Shown: in pieces, positions 28,601 through 43,800 of the stretch
How positions within the stretch are numbered: position 1 is the first letter of the stretch
How the letters are laid out: every line of letters starts with the position of its first letter
Source: Balanoglossus misakiensis
Lineage: Eukaryota; Animalia; Hemichordata
Direction of reading: 5' to 3'
Length of the DNA stretch: 64,000 nt
Assembly (NCBI GenBank): GCA_040954595.2
Contig: CM082583.2
Coordinates: 8,542,254-8,606,253, forward strand
Translations under genes and position numbers: made by a program
The notes under the pieces: generated by a model
Seen by the model: the letters and a program-made list of their open reading frames with translations, nothing else
Database searches by the model: none
What the model was told of the DNA's origin: nothing

Positions 28601-30242
28601 GATCAATCAATCAGTAACTGATTTATTTGCATGAGAAGAATTTTTTGTTCTGGAAATATTCATGAACATGAATCTACATGTAAATATGGAGAAGAACTCT
28701 AGATTTGAGAACTGCAAACTTTTTTGTGTTTTCCAGAGGATGAACCTTGGCTCCGAGTCAATGCGTATCACTTCCATGATACATCTGATTGGAAAGATTT
28801 GAATCTGAAATTTGTCCTTCAAGTGTACAGAGATTATTTCTGTATGAAAGACATGGTGTACCTACAAACCATGTGGCCACAAGTACAGGTAATTATGATA
28901 CAAAGAATCTTCTGTACACTGCATCTTTTGATCTCTGTGCATCACAATCTTGAAGTGATGGTGAACATGCTGCTATTCTAATTTTGCAGGCAGTTATGAC
29001 TACAGCGTTGTCGTGGGATACAGATGGAGATGGGATCATTGACAATTCTGGCTATGCAGATCAGACCTATGATATATGGGTCATGACTGGAGCAAGGTAA
29101 ATACCAACAATTAGACACACAGCGGGGTATGATGTCAAATAGATAGTTGTTGGTGATATCAACCTGAATGTGTATGACAACATTCAAAAGGTATAATGTG
29201 AAAAACAAGGAATTTACAACAGGCTATCTTTTGTCAATAACACACATCCAACCACACATCTCTGTGCTCTCTCCTGTGGTCAAAAATAGTGCCTATTGTG
29301 GTGGACTGTGGTTAGCGGCTCTCAGGATGACAATGGAAATGGCCAAGGTCCTCAACCAGGATGAGGAGTTTGAGAAATATGCAGGAATATTAACGAAAGC
29401 AAAGGAATCTTACGAGAAGAAACTCTGGAATGGTAAACATGTGGTTGATTTTGAACGTCTTCACAGGTTTTTAATTGCTATGTGACCTATTGAAGGCCAA
29501 ACTCTAAATTCCCTGTGGGTTTGCAAATGTCTGTTTTGAGTAATGTTTTGATTGGCATACACAGATGAAATGATAAACTATGCTATGGTTTTATATAAAA
29601 ATGATTCTGTTTCTGTTTTTTCAGGCAAATACTACAATTACGACAGCAGTGGTAGATCATACAGTGACAGTATCATGGCCGACCAGGCATGTGGACACTG
29701 GTATCTGAAAGCGTGCGATTTGGTGAAACAAGATGATGAAGTGTTTCCCACTGATAACATACAGAGTGCTCTGAAAACCATCTACGATGTCAATGTGATG
29801 GGCTTCCAGCAAGGCAGTATGGGAGCTGTCAATGGAATGAGGCCTGATGGGAAAGTGGACACCACCAGTTTCCAAGCTGAGGAGGTCTGGTCTGGGGTGA
29901 CTTATGGACTGGCTGCATGCATGATCCAAGAGGTACGTATTAAAAAAATATTGCCATTTAGAAATCAATGATTATATCTTTTATTGCCAATAATAATTTT
30001 CTTTTGGTCAATGCCTATATTTTCACACCATTCTGTCTCGTTTTGAACTTCAGGGAATGTTAGAAGAGGCGTTCCAGTCTGCCAGTGGTGTGTACGACAC
30101 TTGTTACCAGAGAACCGGGCTGGGATTTCAGACTCCAGAGGGCTACTTTGCCAAGTCGGCGTACAGATCTCTGGGATACATGAGGCCGCTGGCGATATGG
30201 GCGATGCAGTACGCACTGGAGAAGTTTGGCCATATGAAATGA
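25627..30242 (+). CDS. GBA2: Non-lysosomal glucosylceramidase (GH116), 16 exons
   Basis: Exons approx. 25627-25796, 25923-26011, 26169-26284, 26439-26657, 26749-26997, 27125-27227, 27361-27517, 27648-27773, 27908-28074, 28205-28308, 28456-28564, 28737-28889, 28990-29096, 29290-29432, 29625-29932, 30054-30242. Motifs [29 protein letters not shown] (nucleophile), [15 protein letters not shown] (acid/base), [16 protein letters not shown]. Confidence 0.95.
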
Positions 30243-33200
30243 GGCGTTCCAACCATCTTGTGAACCTCATAAAAATATCAGTCATTTGATTGATCTGCAC
30301 TCACAAATCTCAGGATGTCACAATCAAGATTCTTGGGTTTCAAGTTTACAAATCTAAGAAGTCTGAACCTAAATGGAATAGCATGTAATCAACATTATTT
30401 GCCTCGGACATAGTGTTTGATTTTAACTTCTTCTAGCAAACATTGTCATTGTAGCAAAGTACAGAATTAAAAAAAAATCCACCCTTATGGCGTATACTGC
30501 ACATTTGACGGCAACAGTTTTCTGCTTAGGTGGTTGGTTGGTTGGGATAAAATGCATCACAACACGTCATACAAATTGTTTTACACTGAAAACATTTATT
30601 TATGGACTATACGTTATGTGAGATATGCTGGGTCTAAATGCTCAATTTACATGACAACATTATATATATCTATCATACAGTTAAATAAAATACATCTTGT
30701 AAAATTACCCATCTTACATGCTTGTGACCAAAAAAGGATATCTTTCAATTACAAAAATATCAAAATAACTTTCTTTTCCATACAGATTTGTTGTGTAGCA
30801 TTAGTCGGCAGTTGAGTTAAAACTGCATCAAACAAAAGTGTAAAAGGTTTTTTCCAAAAACTAAAGTATGCCCTCCCTGTCTACAAATAATGTGCACGTT
30901 TCCATCTTGACGGCAGCTCTACGCTGCAAAAAATCACCTCTGTCATTCCTGGGTGAGATTTTCAATTATATATTAACAGTGCATCGTTTTAGCAATATCA
31001 ACTCTTGTAAATGGCTACAAACTAACGCCGATTATGGTCAACATTTAACTGTGTGGATACGTGGAACCGGCAGAGTTATCTTTACTGAGCTACCCAGAAC
31101 TAAAACTCCCCCCATGTATCGTTGTGTCTCAACACGCAAGGATTTCTCTGTAATCCACTCTCTCCAACCTCTTCTCTTTTTGTTTCCACTACTCTCTCTC
31201 CATCAGACACTCTGCTTTGCCGTAATCGTAGCATCACCTCTCTCTCTGGCTTGATGTACACACACACATCACCTCACAACATTCTCCACACACTTGCCAC
31301 AATCTGTCTGTGTTCCTCTGCCCTGACCACACTCTACAGTCAGTCATCTGTGCAGTTAAAGAGCGCTTAACTACTCATATTTTTTCCCCTGAACACAAAT
31401 TGCACACCTGTCTATGTGTAATACAGAAAGAGAATTTGTAACAGATAATTGCATCTACAGGTTTAAGGTGAATATCACAATTATTTTTGAACTGTGGTTA
31501 GAGCAAAGTACATTGAATAGCTTTTTTTGTGGAAAGATGAAAACGGATGCCATTTGATCAGCTTATATAGAATACATTTACAAAAATTTCACGACATATG
31601 AAATAAGAATGCATTCTGTATTGCTATTTTTCTGATATTTTTTCTATGCCGTTCCACACATTTTTAAAGATAATTAATATATCAGTATACATTTGTATAA
31701 TTATATTTGTTCTTAAATCTGTTCAGTACAACTGTATTCCTTTTTTTAATATTAATATACATACAATTAATGAAAGAAAAGTGTCGAAAATCCAAACAAT
31801 TTACAACAGTGAAGACAAACTGCAAAAAAAGTCAATAAAAGTGATGGGATATTCTCCCTCTTTAAAGTTTGGTATTGCCTGTCCAATGGTGTAGACAATA
31901 GGGTTATTCCACTTCAAGGGAGGGCGGAGGGTGATAGGATCATTTAGGGGATTCATTTCATTACACTGGAATAGAGAACTACATGGTACTTAGGAATATT
32001 GAACTACAATATTCATTTTCTCAAAAATATTCTTGGACATTAAAAAATACAGTGAACCATTATTTTCCATTTTTAACATCAAACTCTAACCCTACATTAG
32101 CATTCCAAATGAAGCACTTTTTTACATATTCTGATTCTATCTCAATGTTTGTTTTCTGTTCATTGTCTTTTGTGTATAGAAGCATGTTGCCAGGGCTATC
32201 TTAAATGAAACTCAGATCCAGGTTTACTGGACCTAGTTCTCATACTAGCAACTTCAAAAACTGACATTTCATTTCATCCTTTGACAAACATTTCTGAAAG
32301 GACGAAAAAGACAACTCATAAGAAATCAATGATTATCAGAGGTTTACACTGCAGGCTCTGAGGGATGCTTGGCGTTTCCTCTCGGTCATCCCAGCAACAC
32401 AATGACCCTGAATCAAGACCAGTCATCCCAGGCTAGTGTTACATCACAACTGTCTCTACTGTTTGTCTGATTGAAAACGGGTAAATGGTGATAAACTGTA
32501 CACAAGCTCAGAAATATTGGCTACCAACTGCCTATCCCTGTTTTGAAGTCTGAAGACTGGAAAACCGTTGAATAAATGAACTCCCAATTCTATGATTCAT
32601 CATTTTTATGTGGCTCTTGATTGCAACCCAAAGAACTCCTCACGACCTGAAATACACTCAACAGCAGTGTAGTAAAAAGGCTTGACATCTTATTCTATGG
32701 GAAGACATTTTCCTTTCTATGCCAAGGACTTCATGAGCACCGACTTTTTTCACACTGCTTGCAACTCGTTGCTCTTTCCAATTTCTGAAGATCGCAGACC
32801 AACCCACTCCAACACACTACATGAAACTCTAAAAGGGGCTTCGACTGTTGTCATGGTTACTGTCACCTCCCGTGATGCATGTTCACTTCCCATGGTAATT
32901 AACAGAAACCTGTCTAAACATACAAAAACTACCTAGACGATCCCAATGATGATTTGCGGTCACTTTCCAAATTAGGGTCATGCACGGCCATCAAAAAACT
33001 AACTGTGAATATTATCACCACACTCAGCCACATGAAAGTTGTCTTTCAAAATTCACACGACAAGAACACACAATTGATCCGACATGTTTTCTAGAGTTTG
33101 CATGTAGCAGTTCTAAGACACCCATTTGGCACTCCAAGCTCTCTAAACCTACCATGTACACACACTGAACCAAACTCGGAAGACATGAAACTTTGAATCC

Positions 33201-34812
33201 TATCTACAAAATGTACCCAGTCTATTTACAGTTCACCGTCATGCTCACCTCTCAAAGTCTACATTCTCACCAGAACTGACCATATTCTGCTGGGGTATTC
33301 CAGCATATGAGGTCTCTGTCATAACAACACCCTGTGTCTCATGTTTGATTATTAAATCTATAGATCTTGTTCTGACTTTCCCCCCACTCTATCTCAATGG
33401 TGTGTTTTGTGAGCAACTCCGGTGTAGCAGGATCAACACACTACTGTAACCAAGTATGACCACCACCAACGTGGACTTCCAGGTAGAGCGCCCTCACAGG
33501 CCCTAGCATGAAATCTGACATCCACCCAACATATGTTTGAAACATACAACATTCTTGTACAAGACACCAGGAAAACTGTCAACAGTTTTTATGATAGAAC
33601 TCAATGGGTTATGCCAGGAAGTCGTGAATAAAATAACAGAATGTGCTGTACTTTTTCACTTTTTTCCCTCAAAGCAGCTTGTATCATCTACGGAACAAAG
33701 TGGCAACATATTCACTAAAACAAAAATTGACACATATCTAATGTTATGGAAAAACAACATTAATCTTATTTCGAAAAAAAGAAAAGAAATGGAATCTGTA
33801 ATAGCTAATAAGAGAGATCAGTCTGAGATGCAGACCAGGGAAAACAGTGCCAATGATCTCATAGCTACATGTACCATACTCAAAATTACTTTTATGACTG
33901 ATCGGGCTATGAGTAACATAAACAATGATTGGGGGAAAAAGAGAAGTTTGTTCGGATTCCATCATGTTTTCCTTAAAAGTAGGGAACCAACAGATCAAGT
34001 TTCAATGCTATAATTACACTTTAATTACAGCATTGACACTTGAAAAAAAAACATGCTATAATTTATAGCATATTTTTTTTAATATTTAGATGTTGCCAGC
34101 CAAACAGACAGACATACAAATCGACAGATGCAACCTTCAATATTCAGATACCACTGTTTTAAGAGCCTCTGGAGAAAGGCGAAGAAGCACCTGTTTTAAA
34201 TAGTGATTATTACAGATAATATAGAGTACATTTGAAAGATGATACATTTTCAAAAAAAAAACATCTACAAATTTGAGATTCTCTAACACTCAACAGAACA
34301 TATTCAATTGATTTGTTCTCGATTAAAAATATTCCTCACTCATGACAGGAAATTTTTGCCTTCAGTCAGATTATTAATATTATGTGCTTAAATATTTCCC
34401 TCAGCATTTACAAAGTATATAAATTATACAAAATTGTGACATCAACTTCAGCATTTTTTTCTACTGTGTCTTAGAATCTCTTCACACTGAGTTGTTTTAT
34501 CAGCAGCCCTCACCCCTGTGCACCATTACGTGGAATAATCCTCTGAGTATGAATGTCTGGACCGTTATTTTTCTTGGGTGGGAAGGGTGGCTCTTGGTTT
34601 AAACTGGAAAAATCAGGCTGCTGGCATGTTGAAAATTTCCTTTTTATGATTTCCAGCTCTGCGTTCGAAATAGCCGAGCTTTACAAGACGACATCAGCCG
34701 AGAAGCTCACTGGCTTCATTCTTCCAATCACGCCGCTGCAGATCAAATTACGGGAGTACCATCAGGGCTGTACCAGGTATGATTCCAAGGGGAGGGGGGG
34801 GGGAAGGGGAGT

Positions 34813-37800
34813 TTAATCACTGTCGCTCTGGTCACTGTCATCGTACTCAATCCAGTCCACCTCTCCCACCATGCCCTGTTTCTGCGCGTACTCATAGACG
34901 GCAAAATGGCAGAATTCGTACTGGTCAGGCGTTTGGATCGTGAAAGCCCGCTGTGTTCTCATGCGACGCACCGTGGTGCTTATGTCCACGGTTCCGATGT
35001 CGTTCAGTCGGTTCAAGGAAATGTCCAGCGTGGCAAATGTTCCTGCAGACAAAGTGGAAACATTGGTACATTATTTTAAATCACCATCACAATTTACCTA
35101 GTAAGTTTTATTGAAAATAGGTCATTTGAAATTAACTTCTGATCGATCACACAAGCATGCATACCCGTACGCGCGTACATATGGACATGCACGCACACAC
35201 ACGCACACTACTGAGTTGACAACATATCAACCTACCAGTGCGTCCTATACCAGCACTGCAGTGGACCACCATAGGAGGACCCAAGGGGTGCCCCTGCCAG
35301 TGGTCTCCCAAATTCTTGACACCCCTAGCTTGATAAGACCTCACATCGGCCAGGAAATGGAGCATGGCCCATGCAGAACTAGGAACGCCAAAGTCTGGCC
35401 AGCTGGTGTATTGAAAATGAGTGATTTCTCGCACTTCTCCTGTCTGTAATGAACGAAAAAAAAGTTGCAACTAATTTCATTTCATTTTCCACTTTGCCTG
35501 TGGATTTAAGTATTTAGCCTATGTTCACGACCAGTTTTTCTCATGTACTACCTTAATTCTCTGCAAAAAGCAAAATTATCTATGAAATTGAAGCCGGATT
35601 TGGGAAGACAAAGTCGATAATTTGACCCTCGATAATTATAATGGGATGCACAGGGAATAAGGAACGCCTTGATCTCATCTACTCACGACTTCTTGTTGTT
35701 GTCGTCCACAAATAGATCACTTGCACTCAATTTTTGTTTTTAACCAAACCATCATAATTATCAACAGTTCTATTTCATTTTACCAATGCTTCCCTTAGTA
35801 GTCTTTCCCTACTCAGAACACTCACATTCTTGTTGTTGACTTGGAGATTGGTAATTGTGTAATCATTCTTCTTCTGCAGTCCCTTGTTGACAACTTCGAT
35901 GGCGCCATACTCTTCGGGGGCGTTCTCCTCGTTCGGCCAATACTGGCCGCACTTCAGCCGACCTCTCTCCACCGTCCTGGTCGTCATGACGATCACCAAG
36001 ACCTCCTGCTCCCAGATCATCCTCCAGAAGTCAGCAAAAGTTTTGGGCAGCGGCCCTTTGTGGGATTAAGAGCAGCGCGTACACATTTTATAACACAGAC
36101 ATGATTGCATCAGCAGAAACCGGTGCACAACAGTTACAGTGAATGGTGCGTGAAGTTGACACAAGACCCTTTATGAAAAAAGGCAGCCAGATAATATTCT
36201 ACTAAAAGTAGATATGTATTTACTGTATTACATGTACGTATGTGTAAGATGAACTCACCTTGGGCAGCAATAAATGCATTTTTCTGTTTGTAGCCATCCA
36301 TGTAGCTAGCATTGATATAGTCACTGTTAGGATCGCCATTAATGAGGTTCAGTGGCACACGACTGTGATCGTAGCATGGCACATCGGTGTAACGGTTCTT
36401 ACCAGTGTTTGCTTTGAGTCTGGAAAAAAACAATAAAGACATTGAGAACTCAGACTTATGTTTAAGTATGCCAGGCCTTCCTCTTAAATAGTTTTGGTGC
36501 TTTGGGGAGGGGGCTGGGGCTTGGGGGGGGGGGGGGGGGTTACTCACCTCAAACTATTCTGTGATATCTATAATCGGCGAATGGTATTTTCACAGAATAC
36601 ATGGTGGTGAAAGGGTTAATTAAAGAAGACAATTCAAGGGTAATAAATTCTCTGACAACACTCACTTAGAAGCTTGGAAACTGCCAGCCGGGGCCTCGAG
36701 CCTAATTCTTGCGTACTCTTTCAAAATACCACTCTTCTTGGTCATGTACAGGTGATCAACCAGCTGATCGATGGTCATGCCGTTTGTGTCCGCTTGGTGA
36801 ATCGAGTCCTCGGGCGACAGATTTCCCGGCCGCAGTTTTCTCGGTACGGGAGGAGGCGGGGGCGGGTGGTCGGGAGCCGACGATGGTCTGCTCGGAGAGT
36901 TGGGGGGCGAGGAGGCGACGTCTGCGCCGTCCACGGCGTCCGTGCCCCGCTTCGCTTCGTTCTCCCGCTCTTTTTGGTTCTTCTCAAAGCCCGCTATGCT
37001 GTTGTGCCTCGTCTCCGGCGGCGACTCGTCCGAGTACGCGGTGACGATTCTGGCGGCCGACAGAGAGGCCCGCTCATTGGCTATGAGAGCTCGGTTGTCC
37101 GCTCGCAAGTCCTCCATGTCCTGGCTCTCTTTGTTTTTGTAGGTGTTGTAGCACGACGCTAACCAGTCCTTGTGATCCACCACAACGGGACCGTTCAACT
37201 GTCGGGGGAGTGAATCCTTTGGTATGCTATTCGGTAGATCTGCTACATTCGTTAGGACCACCTGGAGAGAACAGGAAAAAAACAACTTATTAGCATATTT
37301 CTGTAGGTTCTGAAATAGGAAAAATACTCATAAACATATTTATGTACATGTAGGTTCTGCATAGGGTACTGTTGTTGTTAGGAAATGGTAAGGTCACTAT
37401 AAAATATCAAGGTAACTTTCCCCGTTTAAAAGTGGTACATCCTGTGTGTCAATGACATGAAGCACTTTTCACACAGTCTGACAGATGAAAACAGCATTCA
37501 TTATGCAGTGTCTTTTTCCAGATTTGAGTAGGGTGGCTAATTCACATTTTAAAAAAAGCATATTGATGACCTACGTGTACATAACACTCACCCTGTCACG
37601 TAACTTTTCCCTCACAAACAGACGGAGAACCTTGAACGGAGCGCGGAACCACAGCGGAGCCGTCACTATGACAACCCTCTTCAATCTCGCCGGGTAGCCA
37701 CCCTTCAACAGGTCCAAAATCTTGCGGCTGAGTTCATAGTCGAAGTTGGAGTAGGTCGAACTTGTCATGTCATAAACGAACACCATTCCATTCCTTTGTG

Positions 37801-40800
37801 TTACTTTGCTGGAAAGAACAAAAAAAACACCCCATGGAATTAAAAACATTTAGGCCAATGAATTCTGACTTCAGACGAATAAGATGAGAACTATAAAGGA
37901 TTCAAATGCAAGTATTAGTTACTATAATTCACAAGAAATTCCACTGGCTACTCCAGGAGCCAAATTGACTGTTTCAACGTTCTTTTACGGATTTTCGCAA
38001 TGCGGGCGCACGCTGATCACTCACTCTTCCATGGCTTGATCCAACTGATACACCACTGCCTTCAGCACATTCTGTCTGCTGGTTTCATGGGGAAGGTGCT
38101 GTTTGGCGGTGAATAAGGCAATGGCAGCGCCTGTCCAGTCCCTGCTTGGCTGTTGGAGTAAACAAAAAAAAGAGGCAAACTCAGCCGGTGTTTGAAGCTT
38201 CTATACAAAACAGCCCAGGAAAGTTCCCCTTCCTAACCAGTTCATCATTTTAATACTCCCTAATCAAATCTAGAACAATCTACTTTTTTTGAAGATTCGC
38301 CATCTGTTTTTTCTTACTCTGTGTGAGCGATCTGAAGATCTGAAGATGAATGGATTGTGTTGCACCACACTGTCTCATGTTGCATAAGGGAACATGGTTG
38401 AAATTTCAGCTGTGAATCCTGATTTAGAGTTGCCTCTCCCTGTTTTTGTAAGTTTTATAACACAAGGTTAAAACAGTTCACCCAAACGGGAGCAAATCCT
38501 TGGGTATGCTATTTTTGGTTAGGCCAAAGTAAGTAAATTATTTGTTTTGCGTCCACTAAAAACTCTGAAAGGTAGGCGGCTAAGCGGTTATAAAACACAC
38601 ACACACAAAATTTAACTCAAAACAATTTGCTTTCATTGACAGTTTTTCCATGCTATATGCGTGTTCCTGCAGTGATTTGACATGGCCATTTTTCATTGCC
38701 GAGTGGTTCTACATGGCTGTCATGTGACTGCAGAAAGAAGTATGTTGCTGCAATATGAAATTCATGGCTTATTTTAATTACACAATATTTTCCATGAGCA
38801 AAATTCCCCAAGAAAACTTTGTGTGTGTGTTTTTTAAAACCTCTGAATGCAAAACAAAGAATTTACTTAATTTTTTCGGCCGTATGTCGGTTTACAACGT
38901 GACAAAATCATAACGTGCATCCTGTTTAACGCATTGCCAATTCCGAGAAAATTTCTTTGAAACGTCACCTTTGTGGCTACGATGACGTCTGCTGGATTCA
39001 CAAACAAAAGTCCAGATAACCTTCATCTGAAATTACGTGATAATGATGATGGTGTTGCCGTGGCAACGGACGAAACATCAATGTACTCCGATTGCCCTGG
39101 CTTTCCCTTGCCAAACAACTGATCCCCCAAGAACAGTATTCTCTTACCAATATGGTGAATTTAGCTGTCTGTAGTTCTCTCATCAGGTTGCCTTCTTTGG
39201 GGTCTATGTTGGTCAACTGTTCTCTGTATCGGAGTGACTGAAACAAAACAAAATTAACACACCTTAGATTCAGGCTTCTGACTTACTTCTATATTAGATG
39301 TCTTTTTCACAGGCATTCCTGAATAAACAGGTGAAATTCTATCCAACTCTCACTTCGGTTAGCTTTTCGACAAACATTGGAAATACGACGACTTCATAAA
39401 ATTAAAGAAGATGATGGCAGGTTTCACTGTACATGTATTTGTGATTAACAGTATCATCATGCACACGTGTGTATGTACACACATACACACACACATGTCA
39501 TATTCAAAACAACTGCCACAGCAGTGCATTTCCTTGAGGATATTAATCTCACTAAGTAGGTCACTCTTCAAGTCTCTCCCATTTGCACATCACACTCTCT
39601 CCACTGATGAATGATTCCGAGGTCTCAACAGGTCAGTTCACCAGGTGATAGGTACATGCACTGTCTCATTCATTCAAAGTCTCCCTGTCTTATAACATAA
39701 CATCTGCTGACCGACCAATGTTAGGCAATTTTAGCTGGTCTATTACTCATTTAGCTCTTGAAAAGAGTAGCTATTTTGAGCTTTAAGCTGATCATAAATG
39801 TATGCATGCCTTGTGTTAATACATCATTTATTTTTGTCTAGAAGAAAGAACAATATCATGTATGACAGGTATGTTTGGTGGAATTTTCAAGAAAACGGAC
39901 ATGTAGAATATGTCATGTACAGGACAGCATCAAATCATTATACAAATATACTTGGATTATTTGCCAGTTCTGTACATAGTACACGTGAAGTAGCATCTAC
40001 TCACTCTTTTCAAAAACACCTGACATCACTTCTTAGCTAATATCACAGTCACTCCAACTGTGACAAGTAACTGTGTTGTATTCTATAGTCGACTTCTGAC
40101 ATTTTATGAACAGCCTACTTTCATTTCATCCCAAATTGAAATATTTGCCTCCTTTTACTTCTTCCAGTGTAAAATTACACTGCTATTTAGCAAAACGATG
40201 CAACTAGCGGTCCAAAGTATTTACCAGAAGAGGGATTGTGGCACGGTGAACTGAGCTACTTCTACAAGATGTGGTTTCAGAGTAAAGCTATAGCCGGATG
40301 CACAGCTGGCTTTTAAGATGGAGGTAAAGCATTAGTGGACATTACAGTTGAGGGTATTAATGGGAGACATTACAGATCACTTAGTGGTGGCGGTGGGCGT
40401 AGAGGGGGGGGGGTAAATTTAACTGCAATGATTTTCTCTTTCTTCACACCACAATGCCATCAGATCAGTAAAATGATCAAAAACCTGTCTTATGGCTACA
40501 AAAAGTAAATAAATACCATTGTTGGTTATACATGCAAGCCTGTGATGACAAGCTGAATACTGGCAGGAAGAAGAACAAGACACGAAGTCCATACTCAGAA
40601 TAAAAGTAATGAAAATGTTATTAAATGCTACAGCTACTGTCTCTGTAAGTAGTGTAGCAGTTAACATTACTGTTGAACTAATATTGTCACCCTCAGAAAT
40701 ATTTAGTTCACATAAAATATAAGACTATGTACATGTACCTGGCAAATACAAGATGTTGTAGTACTGTTTCTGCTGGAGTCTCCAGACACTTATCCCTAAT

Positions 40801-43800
40801 ATGTTTCAGAGGTGAACTATAAGCCTCTTGGATTTTTTTATATGTGTGTTGCTTTCAACTGACTTTCTAGGAAAACAGACTTATAAACTGTACTGGAGAC
40901 AGAAAGTAGGTCTACTTAGTTACACTGCATCATGGATGGATGTGCTGAGTAGACGAGTGGGCGATAGGAAATTGATAACACCCATTTCTGAGAAGACTGT
41001 GTAATGACACATGTGGGCTAGAGAACGTTTCACTTAATTGTAACTGCTTCTAAAGAACCGGAAGTGAAGGCGAGCGCAATTTTCGACAAATGTCCTATTT
41101 TCTGGATAAATTTTCCTCATGAAAATTAACAACCACGCAACTGCATATTTTTGTCGAAAAGAGAAAAAGAAGAAGAAACTTACCACATGGGCGCGGAAAA
41201 GATCCAACGCCCTGGGCACATCGAACTTCCTGGCCATGAGAAACTTGACGGCCGTGTTGCGTGACACTGCAGGTACATTGTGTTCTGCTCGCACTTCATT
41301 CAACTGTTGAAGAAATTGCTGGGTTGCCTGAAATTAGACCAAAACAGAGCTTGTCAGGAGTTTGCTTATTTGGACAAATCACTGCCCACACGCAGACATA
41401 CATGTAGAGTCTACATATATGTACATACATTACATAGAGGCATACATACGTATACATGTATGTACGTCCGTACACACACACACACATACACATAAAGACA
41501 CAGACATGTATATTGCACTACAGAAACTAAACTCCAAGTAATAATCAAGCTGAACTTTTGATACTGATAGGATGAAAACAGACAGCAAAGGTGGAAGGGT
41601 TAAGTGTGAATGATAAAGCTGACCTCATCCCCTGAGGCAATTGATGCACTTTAGTCTGCAAAGGGGAGAGTTGACATCAGCGTGACTCTGTGTCCTCAAA
41701 TTGACTTGTATCTTTTTGAAATTTTCTCGTGAAAAGGTACACCAGATACCCCCCCCCCCCCCAAAAAAAAAGCAGCACCGAGAGTCTGGTTTCAGCAAAC
41801 AATCTAACTTGGAGGGGGGAAGTGGATTTAGGGCGAGGAGAGGCATGAAGTACAAGTAGCACGTAAATAACATGTACTGCACACAAGTAATACCCATCAT
41901 GTTTGTGCCAGTCTCTACGGACACCGATTGTCTGATACCGTGGATTTAGTTAATACTGAGAAATCACGTGGCAATGAAAACAGCAAGGCACTGCAGTGTG
42001 CTGTAATAACAACTGGGCACTTCGCTTGAGAATAATAAAAGAACCAGAGACAAATTGGATCAAGACCAATCAAATGTATAAAACTCAATGAAAATGAAAA
42101 AAAGAAGTCGATTAAATGAAAATGACAATCATCTACTTAATGTGCAGACATAAATGCACTTTATATTTATCATGGTCACTCCACAGTGACCGTGTCTTAA
42201 TATATATGCTGTAATAAATTAATTGAGTCACGCATTTTGACAAATTAATTTGTAAATTACATGACTAAGCTTGTCCTGGGAGTCGTAATCAAATTAATGA
42301 TCAAATTAATCAGAGACTAATTTACAGATCCGACACACTAAACTGTCAAACTGTAAGCAGCATACTTTTCTATATTATGCCTGACGGTTGTGCTGGAGCA
42401 GAATTATTATGAATACCACCACCACATTATTGTAAAATGCACCATTCCATGATTATCCATTGTGAGGAAGTTTCACAGAAATTCCTCTGCAATGTCAATG
42501 ACTCAGTCGCACTTTGCAAATGATGTATTTTTCCAGTTACCATATAAGCACTGAAATCCACACCACCAGAACCTCTTTTACGGCAATCTCAAGCGTGTCC
42601 TCTTACCATCTACTCGTAGCTGTATGTTGCCATGGATACTTCTACTCTACTTACATTCTACTGATAAATTTTACCCTTTTCTGACTGTTTCCATCTGATG
42701 TTACTTATCTTTAAATATTGTGACCAGGAATGAAACTGACATTTGCAATCAGACGGTAAAAATTAACTATAAAATTCTAATGCTTTCTTGAGTTGATACC
42801 AAATCACACAATTCATTATCAAAAAGCGGGGTAGCTTGGAGTCCCCAAGTCTCATGGGTATTATACAAGCACAGCCTCGGGTCATACTACAGAATCACTG
42901 AGTCATGATTAGCATTTAGCTCTGAGAAATAATTATCCCATGAAAGTATGCAGGCAATGTGAAAAAGGAGCATAGTGTGGTATACTAGGAACAGGTGAAT
43001 CAAGTCCATAAAAAATCCTGTGATCAGCTCAAGAAGAAATGTGACTACATGTATGATATATGTAAATGATGTATACCAACAATTTTATTCATTTGTCCAT
43101 TTGCTGTTCTTATATGTATCAATTGATGTATGTCTGTGTGAGGGTGCATGTGTATGTGTGTCTATACATAAATGTGTTTCTGGGCCCAGCTGCCCTTCTA
43201 GTCATGTTACGAGTAAAATATTAATAATTTTCCATTGATCACTCACAGATCATCCACAGTCTACACTTTACAATTCATGAATAAACGACCTTTGCACTGA
43301 CAACTTAATTACCACGAAACATCAATTTCTGGGTGCAGGTGAAAGGGAAAAGCAAATTAACCTACTCGGATACAAAATGTACATTGTACATGTCCATGTA
43401 GTGTACGCTTCACTAACTTATTAATACAGTCATTTGTAATCATCCATTATTGTCAGCCAGCGACACATTTGCCAGCATCACTGGGAAATGAAAGAAACGT
43501 CCGGCATCAATTTACCATTTCCCGGCCATAGGTCAAACTGATCGATTGGAATTGATAGGGGGGGAAAGAATAGGGTGGCAGTTTGTTAATTTTGTCTGTC
43601 ATTTACAATATCTGTGACAAGTTGGGAAGTCATGCAACCAGCAAAAACGGGAAAAAAAGATGCAAGTACATGTATGTACATGTGTGTACAGTGAAACGTA
43701 CATGTCGAGAACACACTTTTATTTAACAGACAAGTGTTCATACAAGAGATGTCCTCAATTAATGGTACAACCGTTAAACTGTACCTTTCGCCGTGAAACA

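Noticed and set aside
33537-34013. 158-aa ORF between GBA2 and PTPN9
   Set aside because: It has a non-ATG start, is AT-rich, has no recognisable domain or splice context, and lies in the probable PTPN9 3' UTR.
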